Below, in pieces: positions 53,180 through 64,000 of a stretch of DNA of 64,000 nt. The stretch comes from Auanema rhodensis. Lineage: Eukaryota > Animalia > Nematoda. The position numbers were made by a program, and so were the translations under genes. Under the pieces are notes generated by a model. It was not told the origin of the DNA. It ran no database searches and saw only the letters and a list, made by a program, of their open reading frames with translations. Within the stretch, counting starts at the first letter, position 1, and every line of letters begins with the position of its first letter. The stretch lies in NCBI GenBank assembly GCA_964057225.1, contig OZ059897.1:8866001-8930000 (forward strand). Reading direction: 5' to 3'.

Positions 53180-56100
53180 TTAAATTTGACTTTCCTGCGA
53201 ACATCTTACTTCATCGGCAGATTCTGCAATTGCTTCAGCTTCTGCAACACCTCGCAAAAGACTGGTACGAACATCCCTGAAAACATTGTTTCTACCGTTA
53301 GACCAAAACCCCTTACTTCAAATATTTTTTCATAGCTTCATCTGAAGCTGTTCGACTCATCACGACTCCTTGTCGAAGTCTATGAGCAGTTCGTACTAAA
53401 ATTCGCCTCAAAGCAATTTCAGATGTAATCATTCTAGAATTTATGAGCACAGGTTAATATTATAGCTGCTCCTTTATTTACCTCTTGTTTTCACATTCTG
53501 CTCTTAAGGAGACAGCTAAATCCCTAGCTTCTTCAGTAACTGATGGTGGGAACGTAGAAAGTTGAACTAATTCGAATCCTTAACAAAAATATTTGAAGAT
53601 TTAACATCCCAATAATGTCATTTTCCCAGGCATTCATTGATCATGTTGAATATCTAGGATGATCACTTTAAATGTTCACAATTTATTTTGCCATTAGCAA
53701 TACTCAGTTGAACTTTGGTCACGAACTGTTCTTGGCAAATAATCACCCAATATAACTATTTTACAGTCATAAAATCTTGCCTTTAGCGGGTCATTTATTA
53801 CTTTCGGCTACGAAACTTTACAGCCGCTTGGTAAACTTTCATCGATTGCTGAAAATAGCACCTTAGGGGGTAAGGCGGTATACCTTAAAGAAGGCGGAGC
53901 CTTGATTACGGTATCTTTTCCATTGATGTAAGTCAATTCAAACACTATTTCATATCAGTTAGTAGCTTCTGCGTTCAGCAATAACAACATGGCGTCAAAA
54001 TCCAAATCTTTCCATAGACCCACAAAGGTGTGTTTTGAGCTACTTTTATGAATCGGTTTTTGTTTTCATTTTATAATTTTTTTTTGATTTTCAGCCAATC
54101 TGGCAACGGCCTAAATTGAAATTAACTAATTTATCTCACGAATGTCCTTATTCACCCTCAGGTTCTACCCCAGAAACGCCATCATCTACAAACGGGAAGT
54201 TTTTTGGATTCATTAATTTTGATGATATGGGTATAAATGTTAATGAAAAAGTAGTGATATTATATATTTTCTTAGATCAGGAACATCTGAATAAATCATT
54301 TTCTCTATATGATTGTGGAAATTTTGAAGCTGGATCATTAGAAGTACTGTTCTCTATACTTCTTTAACCACATGAGTAAATTTAGGATTCAATGGAGGAT
54401 GATGTGTTCATGATGGATGAGCAGTGTTCAACTCGGAAGAAGAAAGCAGGTCCTTCAAAGCAACATTTGTATATTGTGAATTCACCATCGCCAAAAAAGA
54501 TGGTAAGGCAGTTTATTTGTTTATTCTTCACAAAGTCAAAACACATAGGCTTTTCTACCACCTCCAAAATCTATACTAGTTCAACCTGCACAACAGTACA
54601 CTGCAATATCATCTGAACAATTAAAGCGTCCTAAACCTATACCAAAGGTATGTTCAATAACTTGTATTAGAAAATATTTAAGACGTTTTCAGTTGCATAG
54701 AGGGCGTGCTACATCTGACACAGTTCCTATTGTTAATGCATCTGAGAAGAATTGGTTAAATACTGAGAAACAAAGAGCACGTTCCAAAACTATTTGTGCT
54801 CAAAAAGAAACCCGAAATAAGAATAATCCCGTAGAGACTAGGAGACAGCGTTTTGATAGTACAGAAATGGAAAGTAATGTGAGTATTCGTAAGAACGAAC
54901 AAATTGAATCAGTGAAATTGTTTCTAGAACCTGTGTGCTTATTGCAAAAGTATAGGCATGGATTATCAGGGTCATACGAAACAGAAGTGCCCACGCATTG
55001 AAATTTTGGAACCATGTAAGCTATGTGGCGCTGCTGGATATGATAATCATACAATGACGTAAGAATTTATAATCCCACCCCTCAATGATTGTTCATCCAC
55101 TTTAGGCACTGTCCAAGTTCAATGAAGGTTACTTTGAGGTTGGATCCTGCCTTTTCTGCTCGGCTAGCTATTGCACAAAGAGCAAGAAATATAGCATTTT
55201 AAATTTGGAATGAAGCAATAATCTTGTGAATTTTAATAATTGATCCTGTGAATAATAACTACTTTGTATAACCATATGATGGTTTTCTGTCTTGTACACA
55301 TTTTGGAATGCGAAGATTTGATTTACTTTAAAATAAAATATTTACTCACCGTATAATGGTCCCGTGTATGGTCCTTTGTAAAGCTTATGGGTTGTATCCA
55401 GTACTTCATCTCCATCTTCGGTTTGTTGTACCTGTGGGTTAAAGTGGAAGCTGAAACAATTTTTAAGAAAGAAACGTTAAAGTTGAAGAAAGATTCACAC
55501 TTTTCTACTGCCGTGTAACGAGCATCAAGAGCAGACACATCTAGAAAGTGAGTTGCAAATATGGTGAATGCCTAGAATTGGTAGGTATATAGCATGAACC
55601 ATAGAAAATTACTTCTTTACGCAGCAAATCTTCAGCTATGGCAAAAGATATACTTATTCCCTCTTCGGTGGACGTACCTGAACATGGCAAAATATTTAGA
55701 GAAAAAAAGAAAGTGATAGCAACTTCTAGCTAATTCATCTATTACTATTAGAGATCTGCTGTCTGCATAATGCAGGATAGCAGCCATATCTCTCATTTCT
55801 AAAGCAAAAGCTGATAATGATTCAACTAGTGAATCATTGTGTCCCACCCTGGAGAAGATTCTGGAGAAAACTAATAACCAATTAAATGTAATTTTATAGC
55901 GTGGTATACCCGGAATAGTAGCATATTCCGCTGGAATAAGAGAGCCTGTTTGGGCCAAAATGCTCAATTGACAAACTTGTTTAAGATAGGTTGATTTTCC
56001 AGCCTACAAAAAATTTGGTTGCAATATTGGGCAGACTTTCACACCATGTTAGGACCAGTTATGATGGCAAATCTTGAGTCAACTGTTAAGTACTGAAAGT

Positions 56101-58508
56101 ATTATTATTTTGTCATTGGCAAGGTATTTTAAGGCTTACCGTGTCATTTGGTACTACGTTGTCGGACATCATTTGATCTAAAAGAGGATGTCGACCGTTT
56201 TTGAGTAAGAGAGAGGGACCGAATTGGGGACGTGCTAAAAAGTGAAATACATAAGAAATTACAAGGAAATAAAACTTGTCGTTGTGTTTGTAGCATATAA
56301 CGCTAAGCTACACAGATAATCACAGTTTGCCAGAATATCCATAACTTTATACAAAACTGGTATTAGGGAGCATATCTAAATTTCAGGTATAAATTTCAAA
56401 ATAGGTTCTGCCAGCAACTTACTTCTTCGGTAATATCATCCGCCACTGCTCCACTAGAGAACATAACTTCAGCAACCGATTGATTAATACGATCTAAATA
56501 TTAGGTTAGTAGACTTATTATACTTTACCAACTAACCATTATACCGGATGAGTGTTCGAGAAGTAAAAGTAATGGAAGAACGATTTCGAACTTCGTTAAT
56601 AAAAACCTGAATCGTATAGTTTCAATCACCCAGACGTCTTTGATTTAGTTTACCGAAGGTAGACGAGCTGTTGCAGCATTAGGGCAGACCCACAAATAAT
56701 GAAAACCTCTCGTAGCTGAATACGCTAGCCGCGTATTTTCGTTTGGCAAATATTTTTCGGTCTCCGTTGCTAAACCTCATTGAATTAATTCAACCGTTAT
56801 GATTGTTGCTTCGCACCTTGACTTTGAAGATCTTTAAAAAGCTCTTCGTATGCCTTCCTAGCTACATCTAAATTCACGCATGCACCTTCCTGAATTCAAA
56901 ATGAATGAAAGTAATTTACATACTTCAAATATTTTAGAAACCTTGATAGCATAGCATTTTTGATTTCTAACTGTTATTGAATTCCTTTTGTTTGTTTTTA
57001 ACACAGACGTATCTAAAGTATCCTGTAATAAGATAGATATTTTACTTAGGCGTTCATCTGATAATTCCTGTAACGCAAATTATGTTTATATGTTTATTAT
57101 TCAGTAACCTTTCTAATATTCGAAAGTAATTCGCTTTTCACATTTTCGAAAATTCTAGTAAGCATCTCAATCACGTCCAATGTTTGTTTCAATTTTAGAA
57201 GCTGTGCTCGTAAATAAGTTATGGAAATAAGCTCTTAGTTTATTCTCACCTGCATGATTGTATATTCACATGATTGTAAACTTTTTTCTTTAACTCTATG
57301 TGAGCAAACTGTAATAACGCTATCCAAATCATGTACTCGTGTCAAAACTTGTCGAAGCCGATCAAGTAACTGCAAGTTGACAGTGAAAGTGAGAAGCTTA
57401 AGGTTGCGATACGTGAGGATCGTCCAACAATTCCTCCACAGCATCATATCTTCTGTCTAAAACTTCTGGGTCAGCAGAAGGCTGTAATAGATTGCTCCGT
57501 AATAATCGTGCTCCACTATTGGTTATAGTACTGTCGATTAAAGATAATAAGCTAGTTTTTGTCTAAAGCACGAGAAATTAGAACGGTTGAAAACTAGTTT
57601 CAAGTATTTGCCTTTCCTGTCTTCGCGGCACCAATTTCATCTATAAGCTCTAAGTTCCTCCATGATCCAGCATCTGAAAATTCTGTGAAGTGATCTTAAG
57701 CAAGCATGTAGTTTCTACCAATCATGCATGATCTTTCAACATCCAAAAAAGAAAATCGTAAAGAATTGCCCATGAACAAAAGGTTTTGTATATGTTCAAC
57801 ATATTTGACTAATGCAGCACAAGCAGCCATTGCTAATTTTTTACTGAAATTTCAAATATTTTCAATGTAAAAATGACTGTTGAAACCGTTTTTGAATAAC
57901 TTTATAACAGTTGGATATTTCTTCATTTGCTAATTGTCGTATCAAGTTTACTCCTTTCTCTTCGTGAAAATATCTTGATAAAATCATGAGAAAACATTAT
58001 TGACAGACCCTTTTACCTCTTATGGACTGTGGTTATGGTTACTTCAGGTAAAGCATTTTTGAGTGCTTCGGTCAGCAATAACCCTCCAGTACGATCATTT
58101 AACGAGTCTGCCAATATGATCTTAAAATGTCATCAATTTGCTTATTTGAACTTTTATTTTTACTAACTTCCACAGGATCTTCTACTTGAATTTTTGTTTT
58201 CAATCGAGTATATGATGTTGAGTCAATGAATTCGTAAAGATCTATATTAGGTGTTCTAATATCCATAAGAGCTAAACCAACAGAACCACTGGTGAGACCT
58301 TTACCTTCGATAATACCTATCACCAACAATATTAATAGTTTTACATTCACCACAATTTACTTGCTATTGTAACAGCATAAAAGCTGCGTGTAGTGTTATT
58401 GCCAGCAGGCGTTTTGCTTCCTTTCGAGCTTGTCACTTCTCCGAATTTATATTTGGGCTGTGTATTCAGTGATGAAAAATCGACAGTTCCATTATTTGAT
58501 TTAGCCAT
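53180..58508 (-). CDS. him-14: MutS homolog 4 (meiotic crossover factor MSH4/HIM-14), multi-exon
   Basis: ATG 1 nt after a TTTCTAG acceptor; DAGSWRNLELI; SGARLLRSNLLQP; GRHPLL; Walker A ITGPNM|AGKSTYLKQV; FSRVGHNDSL...SAFALEMRDM; VIDELARSTSTEEG; FTIFATHF; GPLY|GFELVQLSTFP. Last exon ends ESQI* (53180), or, using the GTAAGA donor after ADE, splices to ILLE* (53071). Confidence 0.93.
53989..55202 (+). CDS. nos-2: Nanos-type CCHC zinc-finger protein (nos-2-like), 290 aa, nested antisense in the him-14 intron
   Basis: Eight exons 53989-54027, 54095-54230, 54276-54343, 54386-54502, 54549-54647, 54693-54878, 54928-55058, 55106-55202 (873 nt, all GT-AG, in frame). C-terminal CAYCKSIGMDYQGHTKQKCPRIEILEPCKLCGAAGYDNHTMTHCP is a double-CCHC Nanos domain. 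TTCAG acceptor at 53978. Confidence 0.88.
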
Positions 58509-60181
58509 TCTAGAAATTGAAAAATATTAATTAAAACCCTTTCAAAAATCTTTGAGACATTGCCTTTTTATGATTATATGCAACATTTTAAACTAACATA
58601 AAAGCTGACTTTCGCAACAAGACCATTTCGACCTTAAAAAAATTATGTTTGAATATACTGTTATTAAAAAGTTATTAGCAAACATACTCGAAGCATGATT
58701 CAGTATTGACTAATATGAAAATTTAAAAAGATGCTGTTATTAAGAATTATTTAGATAAACAGTTTTATTTTAATTCTTCTCCAACTGATTATAACATGAA
58801 GGAAAACCGTAATCATTTCTTTTTATTTTCACGTACTATCCGGTTGCAGCTCATGAACGTCACGTTTTTGAATTGCCATTATAAACTCATTAAACGGACC
58901 CACCTAGATTATTAGAAAATGAAAATGGTTATAAAGAACTATGACGGTGGTGATTAAAATTCTTTTTGATCTTTCGGCTTATAAAATACACAGTTCACTA
59001 TTTGAAATAGATCGTTTTAAATGATATGAAACCTTTTTTAAGTTTATGATGATGTAGTTCAAGATTCATATTGTTTGATCATCGATATAGCATTTGCCAT
59101 TTTCTTTCTGAATATTGTCATAGTTCTTGCTATATTGATGATAAGACCCAAAATGGCTTTTATATACAATCGCAACAAAATGGAAGACCATGTTTGAAGA
59201 GACATATATCTGAAATGTCTCTTCTATATAAATATAATAATTGTTAACTGCATTCTCAAAATGTAATAATATTTTTCAATCTAAAAGAGGAACTATGCAT
59301 ATATTCATTTTTTGAAATTTCACCTAGAAATTATCTCATTTTTCTGGCTTTCTCTCAAACATTCTCGTAATACACATATACTATTGATAGTGACTATTCA
59401 AATGCTTGTTAATCTTAACTGAATAAGTATGCATGTATCATCGAAGAAAGTTTAAAAATGTTCCATCGAACTTTAACAGCCAGCTGTCTTTAGTCTGAAA
59501 CTCAAGCAGACTTTGTTAATTAGGTCACAACTTCATTTAGTATCCTAAAGAACGAATATATTAAAAATATTTAAAAAACAAGAACATTAATCATTTTCTA
59601 CGAATAAGTATTAGTTATGAACTTCAGCTTGCAGCCCAAAAACATTTGAATCGAATACGAAACCAAATAATGATTTTGATAATGAACTGTAAAACAATAA
59701 AAGAAGTCCATGCCTTTTACTTTTCACTATCATCGATTGATTATACAATATTATAAAATTATGCTATCTTTATAATGAATGTTGCCTCCCACCTCTAAGA
59801 TATGGAAAGAATTCGAAAAATATTATTTTGGGCTGAACTATTCAATCTTAAATTCCGTATTCGCATCATTTTAATGATTATATATTCTTCTAAACATCTT
59901 ATCAATTTTCTCTCTATGAAAGGCAGTTACCATACTCTGTTCCATATATATATATATATTTAATATTTATTAAAATTACATTGGTCAACGCCCTTATACG
60001 GTTTAGTCAGCGCTTATCATACGGAAACAATATAATAATTTCTAGCTCATCTTAAATAAATACTCAATTTTATAATTTTATCAATGCTTATTTCGCAGAT
60101 TACGAATTTTATCAAATTCTTTTTTTCTGAAAATAATAATATTTTTTTGGAAATATTATGAATATTAATATTTCAGTTTGA

Positions 60182-63100
60182 ATGGTGAAGATAGTACAAC
60201 TTCCTCTTCTATTACTATTATTATGTAGCATTACAAATGCTTTAAGTAAGTTTTTCTTTTTTCTTCTTATTATTGATTTTAAATATTATTTTTATGACTT
60301 TTTGTTCGCCCTTTATATACATATATGACTAATATACATGAACCGTTTTAAGGTCCTGGATGTATAGAACAGTATGATGTTAAGGAATATTCAAAAAGTA
60401 TATATGGTAGTGTAAATGCTTTTTATGATATTGCTAAAGGAATATCTGATGGATTACAAAGACCTTTGAATAATGAAACTATGCAGGCTTGTTAATGCGC
60501 TTCATCGTTAGAGTTCATATCGAATTTCAGGATTTATACAATTTATTTAACGATAAAAATTTTGATGTCAACACTCAGCATATTACAAATGAACTTTTCA
60601 ATAACCAAGTGAGTATGATCCAAAACTTTTCGGTTAAATGCTAAATTCTAGGTTCCATCTATCGTGTTTGCCTCAGCTGGTCTGGTTTACGTCGCTATAA
60701 CCTTCGCAATAATTATTGTCATAATAGTGCTACGATGTTGTTGTAATAGTTGCAATTCTAACAAGGAAAATGTAGTTTTCTTAAACCTTAGTGCCTTGAG
60801 CTCTATATGCGGTTTTGCAGGTTAAACCGTCTTCACGTTTGGCAGTAGCAGCAATGATATTCTTGTTGATTGTTTGCTTTTCCTTTATTTTAACTTCAGT
60901 TATTATATACAATCAAAGTGCTACTTACTTATATGCATCGGTTGAACAATCTAATGTTCATATTGGAAATGTTGTTACCGGTATATCATATTACTGTGCT
61001 ATGTCTCTATAATTCAAATTTGTATTTTAGATCTTAAATCAACTCTCGATACAGGATCTAACTCCATGAGCTGTGCTGTTAACACTTCAATTAATTCCGC
61101 CTTTAATCAAGTGCAAAATAACGCTGCTAATATTCCTACTGGTGTAACAGATGCTTTCTTGGAATCCTCAAAAATAACTCCATTGCAAAAAATTCTCTTT
61201 GATCTTGATGTAAGCTATTTTTTCAATTTGTCTCATATTTCTATATTCGTTTCAGTCATCTATCCAACTTGGTCTCGAACTTGCCGCAAATGTATCATCT
61301 ATTGCTAAATCAATATCACTTAACCCCTTGCTACTTCCAACTTGTAAATCTCAGTTGAATAGTTTATTTAACAAAACAACGAATTCGATTATCATTTTGA
61401 AAAATGACGCTACTGTAAGTTCATGTCACAAGTTTTTCCTTTTCAATTATCTTTCAGTCTGTTAATGTTTCTGAATTATTTTTAAATGCAACTATAGGTC
61501 AGTTGGCTCCTCAAATATCAAGCTGTCAAAGTAATGTTAGTACTTCTTTAGACAATGAAATACTCTTTAAACTATTTCAGATAAATCAAACAATTCAAGA
61601 CGCTTTAACTAATTCTTTTGAAATTCAAAGTAAAATTGATAGCGCTGTTGGAAATATTAGTAGTATTGTTAACAATACAATGGATATTGTGAATCATCTT
61701 CGTAATGCTATAGATGAGGCTCGAACTGATATTGTTACTGTATGTATCATTTTAAAATTTTAATTGCTGATATCTTTAATTTGAAGGATAGTGGTTGGAC
61801 TCCGATCAAGGGATCTATTAGAGCTATCTTGACGGTGCCTGAAGTTATTGCACTATTCTTCTCTCTGTTTGCTATAATAGTTATGTCATTCTATTTAATT
61901 AAACCAACAGGTAATAATATATTTCATCTTCGATTATATTTCTTTTCAAATTTGTCTTCTTTATGCATATTTTTAAATAATCTTTTCTTCAGATAACGCT
62001 GCTAATCGTGCTGCTGGATATGTAATGATTATTGGAGCTTATGCCATAATTTTCTTAAGTATATTAGCAATGGGTGTTGCTGTGTGAGTCAATAGCTCAT
62101 GTATGAAAACAATTATCGGAAGTCTTTCAGTACTGCATTCTTGGGCGGTTGGCTTATGTCTGGATCGTGCAAAGCTTTATTTGAAGATAATACTTTCCGT
62201 ATGTATAGTCTTGCTGATAACTTAAGTTGGAGTATGGTAAGTTTGGAAGGATCCAAAATAGAAGTATCAGCCAGGTACGATTTTGTTGTTGTTTGGAAAG
62301 TAATTTCAAAATTATGTGCAGAGATATCCTACTTTCATGCTCAGCTAACAAAACAGTTTTTGTTGCCGTAAAAGGAGATCAAATCATTTCCACCAAAATG
62401 GTTAATAATGACCTCAAATTCCAATTTTTCGAGGATAAAATTGATAAAATTGTCTCCAATTCCCAATATTCTATTCCAAATTCTGCGAATAATGCAGACG
62501 TAGACGTAAGTATTTTCATAATATTGCTGTTAATTTGGTTATTTTACAGCAACAAACTAAATTAACTGTATATGATTCCCAGAGCTATGAGCCTGTTTTA
62601 AGCAACTTCTTACCAGATTGTAATGAAAACGATTTACAAAACCTAAAAGATATTACAAACAAGTTTGTCAAGTTAGTTATAATAACATTTTTTTGAAATT
62701 AATATAAATATATTATAGGCAATACCAAATTATTGCGGATCAGATGAAACAATTCCAAGAAGATTTGCAATTTTTCAATAATGGAGAACAAGCTTCAGAA
62801 GCAGGCAAACAAGGCATGCTCAACTATACCAATGCTCAATTCGATTTATCACAGCAAATTATTGATAATTCAACTGCAGATCTACTTGTATGTTTGATAA
62901 TTTCATTTCTGAAATTATGGAATATATTACTTTCAGAATGAATTAAATACCAATATCTTCCCAGGTATTTATTTATATTATAACTTTGAAAATGGTGGTA
63001 CAATCATGTGTGATACTACTGGCAAACCTGTTCATGGTCTATGGGCATCAGCTGGTTTGTTGACTAAACTGTGAAATAATTCTCGAATACTTTATTCACT

Positions 63101-63856
63101 GCAGGTCTTGGTGCTATCTTCTTCCTTCCACTAGCTCTTATTCTATTTTGGGCGTCGTCAACTTTATTTGCCAGGTAAGACATTATCATTGCAAAAAAGA
63201 GACAGGTATGACTAAATGATTACACATATAACTGTGATAGAGTGAGATCAGCTAAATATTTTTTTGTTCTGATATCTCATATTTAGAAAAATTGCCTTAA
63301 TAATCTATTTTCAGAAGAAATTTCATGGATCGTGAAGCGATGAAAGAAGAGAAATTGAGAAAAAAGTTGAAAGAACAAGAAAAGGTTTTGTGGAAGCCTA
63401 TATGTTTTGTTTTGTATTGTGATTTTTTTTAGAAAAAGAAGGCAACGAATGAAGACAATTCCGAATCAGACTCTGAACGCTCATCAGAAGTCTTTCAACG
63501 TCCTCCTATAAATGTTTTATCACTTGCTCCGACCGAAGATTACAAGTATGCAAATTAGAAGAAAATTCTATTTTTATTGGAAAATTTTCAGTCGATCATA
63601 TCGATCTCCATATGTATCGGAAGCTTTTAAAAATTCAACAAGAGTTCAACCATACGAGGCTCAAAATGATACTTTACCACGTCTAAGACGTGAACCATAC
63701 ATATCGACATCGTAAGAAATGCTCCTGAATACTTCTCCTGAAACTAAAATTGTGTAATTTAGAATGGAAAACAAGATGTCGGGAGTAGGAGAAACACGTA
63801 GTTTGCCACGCTATGATGCCTTGATGTACGATGATGCACCAAGTCTTCACTTATAA
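60182..63856 (+). CDS. Prominin-family pentaspan membrane glycoprotein
   Basis: Signal peptide MVKIVQLPLLLLLLCSITNAL; TM1 followed by the Cys cluster VLRCCCNSC; TM2; a large N-glycosylation-site-rich loop; TM3/4 with FLGGWLMSGSCKALF; a second large loop; MCDTTGKPVHGLWASAGLGAIFFLPLALILFW (prominin TM5 pattern); tail ending YDDAPSLHL* (TAA 63854-63856). TTTCAG acceptor at 60176. Confidence 0.75.
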
Positions 63857-64000
63857 CAAAACTTTAATTCTTAAACACAACGGGCACCCAACAAGCGCAA
63901 TTGATTTCATATAATAATCCTAGAGAGATATAGCAACCTATATATGTAATTGCTTATTAAAAGTTGAACAAATTTAAATTATATCCATAATTATTTAAGA

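Noticed and set aside
54116-55001. Reading the plus-strand S/TP-rich ORFs as a Cdc25-like or standalone gene
   Set aside because: No rhodanese/HCX5R motif; correct splicing leads into a Nanos zinc finger.

Overview
Eukaryotic, AT-rich genomic DNA with mostly ~40-60 nt GT-AG introns, TTTCAG/TTTTAG acceptors just upstream of start codons and FMRFamide-like peptides. This is almost certainly a nematode, but the species cannot be identified from the window. Manual splicing gives nine protein-coding genes. On the minus strand: an RBR E3 ligase (12628-17360), TOE1/PARN-2-like deadenylase (17577-19503), two tandem TRIC/TMEM38 channel paralogs (19696-21110, 22435-24001), a stargazin/TARP-like gene (25460-28536), the flp-16 neuropeptide precursor (31018-31807) and MSH4/him-14 (53180-58508). 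On the plus strand: a nanos (nos-2-type) gene nested antisense inside the one large him-14 intron (53989-55202) and a prominin-like gene (60182-63856). TRIC-TOE1-RBR has operon-like spacing. Regions 1-12 kb and 32-53 kb show no recognisable coding genes and are rich in (GA)n microsatellites, G-tracts, CRE-like motifs and a few candidate structured RNAs. Most ORFs in the supplied track are microsatellite or intron read-through artefacts. Statements about C. elegans gene arrangement are from memory and need database confirmation.
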